Positions 28,775 through 37,819 of a stretch of DNA of 64,000 nucleotides are shown one piece after another (the stretch's first letter is position 1; each line of letters begins with the position of its first letter). The position numbers and the translations under genes were made by a program. The notes under the pieces are model-generated. The model worked only from the letters and a program-made list of their open reading frames with translations, did not search any database and had not been told where the DNA came from. This stretch comes from Dehalococcoidia bacterium (GTDB taxonomy: Bacteria > Chloroflexota > Dehalococcoidia > Plut-88900): NCBI GenBank assembly GCA_965197645.1, contig OZ240219.1:2560001-2624000 (forward strand), written 5' to 3'.

Positions 28775-29911
28775 ATGGACTACCGTGTAATATCCAGCGA
28801 TGGGCACATTGACATAAACTGGATGCCCGACGACGTGTTCACTTCAGCGGCGCCCAGCGACTTGAAGGACCAGATGCCCCGGGTGGAAGAGGTTCCCAAC
28901 GGCAAGGTCTGGAAGGCCGGCGACAAGACTATGGCCGCCCATGGCGTCTTCGTTATGAGAGATGAAGACCCCTTTACAAGTCCCGCGGACCTGTACCGGG
29001 AAAAGCGGCTGGAGGAGGTGGGATTTGCCCAGGACTCCCGCAACGGCGTCTTCCGGCCCTCGGACCCCGAGCTCCGGATCAAGGACATGGACATAGATGG
29101 CATCGACGCCGAGGTGATCTACGGCCTCGCCTTCGGGCCCGACCAGATCCCCGATGTCCGGGCCCGCAACACCGTCTACCGCATCTACAACGAATGGGCC
29201 GCCGATTTCGCCGCCACCAATCCCGAGAGGCTCGCCACCCTTACCTGCCTGCCCTACGATGACCCCCAGGCCGCCGCAGCAGAGTTGCGCCACGGCGCCG
29301 AGCTGGGAATGAGGGGCGCCGAGCTGAGGATGGACCTGGCCAAGACTCCTATTTTCCAGGAGGACTGGGACGTGGTGTGGCAGACCGCCGCCGATACGAA
29401 CATTCCCATCTCCTTCCACCTTCTCTCGCTTCTGCCTCGTGCGAAGCCGCCCAAGGACAAGTCCTACAGCGAGGTCTACGGGTCCATAGCGCTAACCATG
29501 GCCCAGCTGGACGGCGTGGAGCACCTGAGCACCATCGTCCTCTCCGGCGCATGCGAGCGCTTCCCGGATTTCAAGTTCGTTCTGGGTGAAGCCGGTATCT
29601 CGTGGATACCCTACGTCCTCGACCGGATGGACCACGAGGCCGAAGGCATCGGCGGCCTGAGCATGAAGCCCAGCGACTACTGGCGCCGCCAGGGCTACTC
29701 CACCTTCCAGAAGGAAGGGATTGTCGGCAACGTCATCGATATGGTGGGCGAGGACAACGTGATGTGGGGCAACGACTACCCCCACTCCGACAGCGTCTGG
29801 CCCGATTCCCAGGAGACCATCGAGTGGAACTTCCAGAGCATCAAGGACGAGAGGGTGCAAAGGAAGGTGGTTTGCGAAAACGGGGGCAAGCTCTACGGCT
29901 TCATGAACTGA
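28775..29911 (+). CDS. Amidohydrolase_2 family protein (paralogue 2)
   Basis: ISSDGH, SFH, GEAGISW, MWGNDYPHSD. Confidence 0.9.
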   Translation: MDYRVISSDGHIDINWMPDDVFTSAAPSDLKDQMPRVEEVPNGKVWKAGDKTMAAHGVFVMRDEDPFTSPADLYREKRLEEVGFAQDSRNGVFRPSDPELRIKDMDIDGIDAEVIYGLAFGPDQIPDVRARNTVYRIYNEWAADFAATNPERLATLTCLPYDDPQAAAAELRHGAELGMRGAELRMDLAKTPIFQEDWDVVWQTAADTNIPISFHLLSLLPRAKPPKDKSYSEVYGSIALTMAQLDGVEHLSTIVLSGACERFPDFKFVLGEAGISWIPYVLDRMDHEAEGIGGLSMKPSDYWRRQGYSTFQKEGIVGNVIDMVGEDNVMWGNDYPHSDSVWPDSQETIEWNFQSIKDERVQRKVVCENGGKLYGFMN

Positions 29912-29938
29912 TCGTAAAAGCCAACGTGGGAGACCAAG

Positions 29939-29966
29939 AGCGCCTTCCGGCATGCCGGAAGGCGCT
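29939..29966. terminator. Perfect 28-bp palindrome between convergent genes (probable bidirectional terminator)
   Basis: AGCGCCTTCCGGCATGCCGGAAGGCGCT equals its own reverse complement. Confidence 0.7.
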
Positions 29967-30005
29967 TTCCGCGTCCCCGTCAAAGTCGATCTATCGCTGG
30001 TCTGC

Positions 30006-30746
30006 CTACACCGCCACTCTTGCTCGGCCTGCCAGCAGCTGACCATACCCTTCGATAGGCCTCTCCCAGCCCATCTTCCGCAGTAGTGCCCAGACCGTCG
30101 CCTGGTTGGCCGTCACCACCGGCTTGCCGGTTGACTCCTCCAGACGCTCCACCACCTCCAACGAACGCCAGCCTGTGCAGGAGCAGAACAGCACGTCTGC
30201 ATCGGGGTGACATTTCTCCAGAGCGAACCGGTAGACCGTTTCCGGGTCGTGGTTGCACATGTTGAACCCCGGCTCGTTGGCATCCGGATGGCCGTCCAGG
30301 TTGAGGACCTGGAACCCCTTCGCCGTAAGATACCCGGTCAGTCTCTGATTGTTCCACCGAGGGTAGGGCGTTACCACCGACACTCTTTTCGCTCCCAGGT
30401 GCTCGAGCGCCTCCACCGCCGAGGGCGTGGTAGCGACCGCGGGGACTCCTCCCTTCTCCTCCATGATTCCCACCAGCTCCCGGTCCCAACCCGGTCCTCG
30501 GTAGAAGCTTCCCGTGGTGCAGCAGTAGCCCAGGGCGTCCACCTGGGCACGGTTCAAGTACGCTATGGCGGACTCCACCTCCGAGTTCATTCTGTCCATC
30601 CTCTCCGCCCCCGAGATGTCCTTGGCATCCCAGAGGCGATGGGTGTGAATCGAGAACTCATCGGTGCCCAGCAGGCGATAGAAATCGGGCTCGGCGGTCC
30701 CGTCCTCCGCCGGCATCATCAGGCCAATCCGCTTTCTCCTGGTCAT
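30006..30746 (-). CDS. Asp/Glu racemase superfamily enzyme (maleate isomerase / EutA / arylmalonate decarboxylase-like)
   Basis: RIGLMMP, YCCTTGSF, VVTPY, CSCTGW, KPVVTANQA; two-Cys catalytic dyad. Confidence 0.88.
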   Translation of the reverse strand: MTRRKRIGLMMPAEDGTAEPDFYRLLGTDEFSIHTHRLWDAKDISGAERMDRMNSEVESAIAYLNRAQVDALGYCCTTGSFYRGPGWDRELVGIMEEKGGVPAVATTPSAVEALEHLGAKRVSVVTPYPRWNNQRLTGYLTAKGFQVLNLDGHPDANEPGFNMCNHDPETVYRFALEKCHPDADVLFCSCTGWRSLEVVERLEESTGKPVVTANQATVWALLRKMGWERPIEGYGQLLAGRARVAV

Positions 30747-30805
30747 CCTTCAACCTCCCGTACGATGCGGTATCCGCTTCTGGAGCCAAGCAAGAGGATG
30801 AACGG

Positions 30806-31156
30806 CTACTTCGAGTAGCCTTTGTACTCCTCGGCTGGAGGCGAGTATACGTCTACGAACACCACCGGTTCGTCCCCGACCAGCTCGCCCCCGTGCACCA
30901 CGTTGGATGGAGCGTGCCACATCTCGCCGGGGCCGATCTCTCGCGTCTCGTCCCCTACGGTCAGCTTCATGCGCCCGCTGACCATGAAGCTGAACTGCTC
31001 GCGTTCGTGGGAGTGGAGCTCGTATCGGTCGCCGGGATGGAACTCGGCCCACACCAGCTGCATGTTCTGTCCATTCACCACCTTCACCCCTATCTTGGAT
31101 CCCGGAGAGTGATGGGTACCTATGCTGTCCCAGTCGAATATCCTGCCGTTGCTCAT
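30806..31156 (-). CDS. Cupin domain protein
   Basis: HSHEREQ...GPGEMWHAPSNVVH. Confidence 0.9.
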   Translation of the reverse strand: MSNGRIFDWDSIGTHHSPGSKIGVKVVNGQNMQLVWAEFHPGDRYELHSHEREQFSFMVSGRMKLTVGDETREIGPGEMWHAPSNVVHGGELVGDEPVVFVDVYSPPAEEYKGYSK

Positions 31157-31179
31157 ATGCGTTCTCCTCTTCCGACGAG

Positions 31180-32043
31180 CTAAATGATCGCCAAGGGGTT
31201 CCAGGGAGAGCCAGAGGCGTGGGTCAACCTCAACGGCGCCCCGATAAACAGGAACTGGTAGACCTTATCCCTCGCCAGCTCCTCCAGATCCATGCTCTCC
31301 AGCAGGTACACGCCCAGGTCTCTCAGGGCGTATCGATGCAAGGGTGCGCTGTTGTAGGGAATGCCCTTCAGCTCCACCGTGGGGTGGTCGGCGCCCAGCG
31401 CGCAGACGTCGTGCTCCTTGAGCCACGGCGCCAGTGATCCATCGGGTCCGGGGAAGGATGACTTCCACAGGTCGTGGTCCGTATAGAATAGGGTGTACCA
31501 TCCGGTGCGAATCAGCACGATATCGCCGGCTTCGAAGCTGATTCCCTGTGCCTGCGCCGCTCCGTCCAGGTCGTCGGCCGTCACAACGTACCGGGGTTCC
31601 AGGTGGTCCATCCCCTTGTAGGCCGGCAGGTCCAGCATGACGCCTCGGCCTACCATGTACCGCACGTTCTCGATCCCGTTCTTCCCGACCCCTTCGCTGC
31701 TGACCTCCTCGGATGGATGGCGATTGTACATCTGGTTCTCGGCCCAAACGTGCCCCAGGGCGTCTATGTGCGTGCCCGAGTGAACCTCCATGGATATCTT
31801 GTCATCTACGAAATCGACTTCCGGGTTCTCCATGTGCGCGGTGTGACACACCCTCCAAGTCTTATGGAACTCGGGAAGCTGAGGCCCGTCCCTTTCCAGC
31901 GGAACCGCCAGGCTGTAAATCCGGCCCTCCTTCACCATGTCGAAAGCGTTGAGGACCACGTCCTTCGTAAGCAGGTTCAGGGCGCCCCGCTGGTCATCGG
32001 GGCCCCATCTGCCCCAGTTGTTCAATCCGTTATCGGCCAACAC
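31180..32043 (-). CDS. Cyclase family protein (kynurenine formamidase-like)
   Basis: NWGRWGPDDQRGALN, HSGTHIDALGH, GDIVLIRTG, GSPWNPLAI. Confidence 0.9.
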   Translation of the reverse strand: MLADNGLNNWGRWGPDDQRGALNLLTKDVVLNAFDMVKEGRIYSLAVPLERDGPQLPEFHKTWRVCHTAHMENPEVDFVDDKISMEVHSGTHIDALGHVWAENQMYNRHPSEEVSSEGVGKNGIENVRYMVGRGVMLDLPAYKGMDHLEPRYVVTADDLDGAAQAQGISFEAGDIVLIRTGWYTLFYTDHDLWKSSFPGPDGSLAPWLKEHDVCALGADHPTVELKGIPYNSAPLHRYALRDLGVYLLESMDLEELARDKVYQFLFIGAPLRLTHASGSPWNPLAII

Positions 32044-32063
32044 TCACCTCCCCGAACTATGCG

Positions 32064-33302
32064 TTACACGAACCTCAGATCATATGGCGCCTGTGAGATG
32101 ACCTCCGGACCATCGGCGTGGATGATCAGCTGCTCCTCCAGCTTCACCTGCTCCCGGCCTCCCTCACGCCCGAAGCTGGCCTCCATGCACATCACCATGT
32201 TCTCCTGGATCTCCCCCGGGTAGTTCCCGAACCCTGTATCGCTGGTGTCGGTAAAGTAGAGGGCCGGCCACTCATCGGACATGCCCGCACCGTGGGCCAG
32301 CACCACGTATCGGTTGGCCTTGTACTCGTCGGGCACCTCCGGCACCGCTTCCGCTATGTCCTGGAAAGCAGCTCCCGGCTTGAAGTACGGGATGGACGTG
32401 TGGAGGAAATCGTAAGCCCGCTTGTAAGCGTCCATCTGCTCCTCGTTGGGCTTCCCGTCGCCGCACAGATAGGTCCTGGATACATCGGCGAAGTACCCGT
32501 TGGGCCCGGCCATGTCCGTATCGATGCCCACCAGGTCGCCGGCCCTCACTATCCTGTCCGATGCCTCTCTCTTCAGCCACGGATTGGTGTTGCCGCCGGC
32601 GGTCAGCAGCTTGCCGTCTATCCTTTCGCCTCCGTATTTCAGGTTGGTCTCCATCAGCACGCCGAACAGGTCCTCCTCGGTCACGCCAGGCTCCAGCGCC
32701 TGCTGTATCTTCCACAGGGCCACATCGGCGACGGCACACGACTGGCGAATCAGAGCCAGTTCCTCCGGCGTCTTGATCGCCCGGGCCATCCCCAGCGGCT
32801 CGACGGCATCGTCCAGGGCAATCTCCCGCTTCTGCAGGGCCAGGGTACTGATGGCATCTAGCCTATCTATCCCCAGCCGCTCTCCGCTCATTCCCAGCTC
32901 CGCCAGCGCATCGTTCATAGTCTCCGCCCACCTCTCGGTGGCGTCCCTCATGTAGCTCCCCGTTTGCCAGAACTCGAAGGTGTGTACCCACCGGCAATCC
33001 ACATCCTCTCCCGCCACCGCTTCGTCAAAGGGGGTTCCCTGGTACAGGATGGGCTTACCTTCCCGGGGCACGAGGGCGTGTCGGTTCTTGTGCCGATACG
33101 CGAAGGCCTCCAGCATCCGCGTCCCGGTGGCGTATCTAATGTTCACCGGATCGAACAGGAGCAAGCCGCCCAGATCCGCCTTGGCGATCTCCTCCTGCAG
33201 CTTTGCGATCCGGTCCCGGCGGAGCCGCTTCATATCCACCCGTTCCTCGAAATCTACCACGTGGGTGCCGACTAGGTCTCTTTCATGCAGAGCTTTAACC
33301 AT
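32064..33302 (-). CDS. M24-fold enzyme, DddP (DMSP lyase)-like
   Basis: LFDPVNIRYAT, TNPW, DTD...ADVSRT, RY...HGAGMSDEWP, CME, KLEEQ. Confidence 0.75.
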   Translation of the reverse strand: MVKALHERDLVGTHVVDFEERVDMKRLRRDRIAKLQEEIAKADLGGLLLFDPVNIRYATGTRMLEAFAYRHKNRHALVPREGKPILYQGTPFDEAVAGEDVDCRWVHTFEFWQTGSYMRDATERWAETMNDALAELGMSGERLGIDRLDAISTLALQKREIALDDAVEPLGMARAIKTPEELALIRQSCAVADVALWKIQQALEPGVTEEDLFGVLMETNLKYGGERIDGKLLTAGGNTNPWLKREASDRIVRAGDLVGIDTDMAGPNGYFADVSRTYLCGDGKPNEEQMDAYKRAYDFLHTSIPYFKPGAAFQDIAEAVPEVPDEYKANRYVVLAHGAGMSDEWPALYFTDTSDTGFGNYPGEIQENMVMCMEASFGREGGREQVKLEEQLIIHADGPEVISQAPYDLRFV

Positions 33303-33421
33303 GAGTGCGCCTCCCGGAGCGATTGAGTGAGAGCTTAGCCGACATTATAGTCCCCAGTACAATTCAGGTATACTAACATCCGCTTGGGCGAATCAGGCAG
33401 CAGCTTGGCTGAATCAGGGAG

Positions 33422-34006
33422 GTGATTATGGCCAGCACCGTAGACCCCAATGAAGTGCGCGTGACCGGCGAAAACTCGTTCATCCAGCTGGGCCAGGAAG
33501 AAGGCGATGTCACCACCACGGCCAGCCACTGGCGGGTTCTGTTGTCGCCCGCCGGCCCCGGCCACGCCCTGTTCCTCATCAGCGAGCTGACGGACAACAA
33601 GATCGCGGTCTACTCCGACAACATCGCCTTGACCCGCTGGCTCCAAGAAGAGATAGAATCGATGATCAACCCGCCTTTCTCAGATACCGGACTGCCCGTC
33701 ATCGACGCTACCTTCGAGCGTGAGGGCGACGTTCGCTCCTACTCCACCGAGCTGGTCATCAGCAGGGACGCGGAGATATCGATTACCTGGTACGACTTCC
33801 TGGAACCCTTCGCCATTCACGCACCGCCGGGCACCAGGGGCCGCAATCACGGCGTATACAGCATCTTGATACCGGCTCAGCGGGCGCAGCTGGTGCTCAA
33901 TGGCGCATTCGCCGCCGGCCAGCCAAGGCGAGCCGACAGGGAAGACCATCCCTCCACCACCGCCTGCCTGGCATATTCCGAGTCGTGGGTAAGACCAAGG
34001 GACTAA
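33422..34006 (+). CDS. Hypothetical beta-rich protein
   Basis: 194 aa ORF, GGGAGG RBS, coding-like codon usage; start is either 33422 or 33428. Confidence 0.7.
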   Translation: MIMASTVDPNEVRVTGENSFIQLGQEEGDVTTTASHWRVLLSPAGPGHALFLISELTDNKIAVYSDNIALTRWLQEEIESMINPPFSDTGLPVIDATFEREGDVRSYSTELVISRDAEISITWYDFLEPFAIHAPPGTRGRNHGVYSILIPAQRAQLVLNGAFAAGQPRRADREDHPSTTACLAYSESWVRPRD

Positions 34007-34150
34007 GACACCCCGGCAACAACGGAATCGACCAGGGGGCTGTTAAGAAAGAAGACCAGCACGAGGAAGAGTGGGCCTCCACAGGCTCTCAGGATACGCC
34101 CTCAAATTCACAGGACCGTGTAGAGGGTGAAAAAACTGGAAGGAAGACGA

Positions 34151-34612
34151 ATGCTCACAAGACTGGACCACGTAGGCATAGTGGCCCGCTCCTGGGAGGA
34201 GTGCGAGGGCAATTTTACCGGCATGCTGGGCTTTCCCATCGAGGGCAGCCGTACCCCGATGCCCGAGGGCAGCTACATGGCCGCCGAAAACGTGCGAATC
34301 TACTTCTTCAGGGTCGGTGTGGGCGAAACCTTGATAGAAGTGCTGGTCCCCCTGGACGCGGTCTCCGGTACTGCCAAGTTTCTGGCGAGGCGGGGGCCGG
34401 GCATGCACCACCTGTGCTACTCGTCGGACGATCTGGCTGAGGACTCGCGCATCCTGCGAGAACGGGGCTACGCTCAGATAGACCTCACCCATGGCCGGAC
34501 CGACCTCAAAAAGGAGGCGGAAGGCGCCGCCTTCTACTACCCCAAGAGCGCGATGGGAATCCTGACCGAGGTCATACCCGACACCCCCACCCCCTGGACC
34601 AACCCCGGCTAG
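34151..34612 (+). CDS. VOC family protein (methylmalonyl-CoA epimerase-like)
   Basis: LDHVGI, IEVLVP, KFLARRGPGMHHLC, GILTE. Confidence 0.85.
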   Translation: MLTRLDHVGIVARSWEECEGNFTGMLGFPIEGSRTPMPEGSYMAAENVRIYFFRVGVGETLIEVLVPLDAVSGTAKFLARRGPGMHHLCYSSDDLAEDSRILRERGYAQIDLTHGRTDLKKEAEGAAFYYPKSAMGILTEVIPDTPTPWTNPG

Positions 34613-34632
34613 CTCCTTCGGTGGCCGGGTTG
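34600..34632. terminator. Imperfect hairpin between convergent genes
   Basis: CAACCCCGGCTA...TGGCCGGGTTG spanning the VOC stop codon. Confidence 0.4.
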
Positions 34633-34661
34633 AGGTCTACCAGACCCGCAGCACCAATTCC

Positions 34662-35741
34662 CTAGTTCAGGTCGAAACCGTACAGCTCGGCGGCGTTGGT
34701 GCTGACTATCTTCTGCTTGTCCTCTTCCGAAACGCCTTCAAACTGCCTTCTGATCGCCTCGCGGGAGTGGGGCCACGTGCCTTCGTGATGCGGGTAGTCG
34801 TTGCCCCACAGAAGGCACTGGGGGCCGGTGAAATCGATGTTCGCCAAGCCTACACTGTCCTCGCCGAAGGTGGCGTACCCCTGGCGGCGGAAGTACTCGC
34901 TGGGCATCATGTCCAGCTTGGGCCGGGCATACATGTGATGCTTTTCGTAACCCTCGTCCATGGCGATCATCAGCCACGCTATCCACCCGATGCCGGACTC
35001 CACAGTGACCACCTTCGCATCGGGGTGGTTCATCAACACGCCGGACGAGCAGATGTAGGTCATTACCTCCAGCCCATCGATCAGCGCTCCCATGATGTAG
35101 TTGATCACCGCTCCTCCCGGGCCCCGCTCCACTCGCGGGTCCCGGCCGCTGCTGATGTGGAAGTTCAGAGCCAGTCCCGTCTCCTCGGCCGCCTCCCACA
35201 GCGGTTCGTACTCCGGCCGGTTGTAGGGCACCGTAGGCTGGCTGGCCAGGAACAGCGACCCCAGACCCATCTTCGCCGCGCGGCGAATCTCTGCGGCGCC
35301 AGCTTCAATGTCCAGCACGGGAATCAGCGCGGCCATGGCGAATCTATCCGGATGGGCGCCAAACACATCGGAGGCCCAGTCGTTGTACGCCTGGGCGGCA
35401 GCCAGCTGAAATCGAGCGTCGGGCGAGGCTGCAATGGACAGGCCGTGATGGGGATAGATCACTTCGGCCGCTACCCCATCCTGGTCCTGGGCTTTGATCC
35501 GATAGTCGGGGTCCCAACCGTCTACGTGGGCCTGTTCCCTGATTCTGTCCTCTTCGTCCATCTCACTCAGGTCCAGGTCCAGCTTGGTGGGGCGCAGCCC
35601 GTCCTGGACCAGCACTTTGCGACCGTTACGGATCTCCTCGTGAGGCGCTTTGTCCAGAAGATCGGCAGGCATCCGCTCCTTCCACAACGAAGGCGGTTCG
35701 CCCACGTGAGAGTCAGCTGAAATCAGTTTGTAGTCAGCCAT
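34662..35741 (-). CDS. Amidohydrolase_2 family protein (paralogue 3)
   Basis: ISADSH, NFH, VESGIGW, WGNDYPHHEGTWP; clearly related to 2712..3845. Confidence 0.9.
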   Translation of the reverse strand: MADYKLISADSHVGEPPSLWKERMPADLLDKAPHEEIRNGRKVLVQDGLRPTKLDLDLSEMDEEDRIREQAHVDGWDPDYRIKAQDQDGVAAEVIYPHHGLSIAASPDARFQLAAAQAYNDWASDVFGAHPDRFAMAALIPVLDIEAGAAEIRRAAKMGLGSLFLASQPTVPYNRPEYEPLWEAAEETGLALNFHISSGRDPRVERGPGGAVINYIMGALIDGLEVMTYICSSGVLMNHPDAKVVTVESGIGWIAWLMIAMDEGYEKHHMYARPKLDMMPSEYFRRQGYATFGEDSVGLANIDFTGPQCLLWGNDYPHHEGTWPHSREAIRRQFEGVSEEDKQKIVSTNAAELYGFDLN

Positions 35742-35787
35742 TTCGATGCCCCGTCCTTTCTAACGCTGGATTCCGTGTCCTTGCGGG

Positions 35788-37800
35788 TCAATCAACATGA
35801 TCGAGGGCCGGATCCTTCATGGCTCGCTCGACGAACCGGTCGGCGTCCTCTTCCAGGAGCAGCCGTTGTTCGACCAGCTTCTGCGCAGCCAGCGATACCA
35901 GCCTCACGTAGTGCGCCCGCGAGCGGTACCGCTCCTCGATGGACGGCCGCGGGTCTCCCTTATTTAGCCGCTCTTCGCGCGTCTTGGCGAAGGGATGGTA
36001 GCTGCCGTAGACCGCGGCCATAGCGTCGTCCACCGTGCCCGGAGGCCTGAAGTTCCAGCCGGAATAGGTGGCCAGCGGGACCTCCAGCTCGGGGCCCCTT
36101 ATGCCGGGCACATCGTTTCCGTCCGAGTCCACCTGGGGCACAAGGACCGTGTACTCCCGGCCCTTGTCCTCCACCGGCGGCTCCACCGAGAGCACTCCTT
36201 TATCAAAGTCAGGGCCGTGGTCCTGTACGAAGACCCGGTTAGGTTCCACCGGCGGCTTGACCCCGGGGATGGATGGGAATCCTGCGTTGGAGACGTCTGC
36301 CGGAACGGAGGTCTCCTCCTCCCTGGTCGGGACCCGGCTGTCGGGTGGTGGCGCGCCCCTGGTAACCCAGTCGTCCAGGTTGTCCTGCATCGCCCTGAGC
36401 AGTCCGGACACGTTGAGCGGGTTGGTCGGGTGTTTGAAGAGTCCGTAGGCCGCCCCATCGATGTGGTCCGGGCTGTGCTCCGCCGAAGAGAACAGGAATA
36501 TCCTGGATCTCTCGTGGTCGGGCAGATCGTCGCCCATCGGATCGGTGTGGGCCAGCGACCCGCGGCGCTGCCAGTACTCCGATGACGACTGAGTATGAAG
36601 CACGAGGGGGTCGGTTTCGGGCCGCTTGAGAATGCCGTCCGTTTTGTTGGTCAGGGGATCGGTGATGGTCCGGTAGGCATGGGGGAACTGGTCAGAGGGG
36701 TACAGGTGGTCATACTGCTGCCGGGGATACCGGCCCGGCTGGGAGAAACGATAGTTGACGAAGACCCGGCCCCCACCGGATACGAAAGGAGATAGGCCGG
36801 CGAAGACCTGCCGACCTGCTGCGTCCTCGTTGAAGCCCCTGTAGACGAACTCTCGCAGGAACCGGGCGCTCTGGGAGCAACCCCATCCGTACGCCTTCTC
36901 GATCCCGGCGCCGTTGTCCTTAACCGGGTTGGGCCTTCCATCGTCGTCCGCTCTGGAGTTGATCAGGAACGATATCAGGTCCCTGACCCCGGTGAACCCC
37001 AGCCCCATCACCAGCGGGTCCTTGGCCGTGTAGATCAGCTCGTAGATCCACCCCAGATTGAGACCTGCGGGCAGATAGCAGTCGGTGGACGAAGGGGCCG
37101 GAACGCCTGTATCGTCCAGCTTGGCGAACTGCCACTCGTCCGATGGGATGGGAATTCGAGGGTCGGTCTCGTACTTCCGGTAGGTAAAGGTGGCCTGGGA
37201 GGTGTCCATTGAGACCGTTTCATAGCTCAGGGTGTACGGGTTGCCGCTCAGCGGGACCGAGTAGATGCCCGCTTCGCCGTCTATCTTGGTGACCATGTCC
37301 CCGGGCGCAAACTCGGTGCGTACAAGTCCGGTGATAGGCTCCCCGTTCTTCGAGGCAACCGGCAGCCTCATCGCCATTCGGTCCTGCCCGGCCGCTATGT
37401 TCCCCTGCCAGCCTGACCAGAGCACCGTGTAGCCCCGACGCATGAGAAAGCCGTTGCCTGCGTGGTCCGGGGTGACGGGATCGTCGATCTGCGGAGCATC
37501 GTTCAGGAAGTGGACCAGCAGCTTGGTGCCCCGGTTGTTGACATCGTACACCAGGCGACGGTTGCCCCTGGCTATGTCCGCCGGTTTCAGCATGAAGAAG
37601 TCCGTCGAGAACTCCACCAGCCCGTCCTCGTTCCGTGGCGCGTACTCGATATCGACTACGTTTTGATACGCCGGAGCGTCCGGGTCCACGGCAAAGGAGA
37701 CCTGTCCGGCGACCCGCTCATAGGGCCCCACGTCGCCGAACTCCATGCCGTCGGCGAAGGGCTCTTGAGTATCTATTTGCAAACTGATCTGTGTGTCCAT
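35788..37800 (-). CDS. Large alpha/beta-hydrolase-domain protein of unknown function
   Basis: FGDVGPYE, YDVNNRG, GFLMRRGY..WSGWQ, nucleophile elbow GCSQSARFLR, PLATYSGWN, DPRPSIEERY. Confidence 0.8.
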   Translation of the reverse strand: MDTQISLQIDTQEPFADGMEFGDVGPYERVAGQVSFAVDPDAPAYQNVVDIEYAPRNEDGLVEFSTDFFMLKPADIARGNRRLVYDVNNRGTKLLVHFLNDAPQIDDPVTPDHAGNGFLMRRGYTVLWSGWQGNIAAGQDRMAMRLPVASKNGEPITGLVRTEFAPGDMVTKIDGEAGIYSVPLSGNPYTLSYETVSMDTSQATFTYRKYETDPRIPIPSDEWQFAKLDDTGVPAPSSTDCYLPAGLNLGWIYELIYTAKDPLVMGLGFTGVRDLISFLINSRADDDGRPNPVKDNGAGIEKAYGWGCSQSARFLREFVYRGFNEDAAGRQVFAGLSPFVSGGGRVFVNYRFSQPGRYPRQQYDHLYPSDQFPHAYRTITDPLTNKTDGILKRPETDPLVLHTQSSSEYWQRRGSLAHTDPMGDDLPDHERSRIFLFSSAEHSPDHIDGAAYGLFKHPTNPLNVSGLLRAMQDNLDDWVTRGAPPPDSRVPTREEETSVPADVSNAGFPSIPGVKPPVEPNRVFVQDHGPDFDKGVLSVEPPVEDKGREYTVLVPQVDSDGNDVPGIRGPELEVPLATYSGWNFRPPGTVDDAMAAVYGSYHPFAKTREERLNKGDPRPSIEERYRSRAHYVRLVSLAAQKLVEQRLLLEEDADRFVERAMKDPALDHVD

Positions 37801-37819
37801 TACCGCCTCCGCCTGCGAG

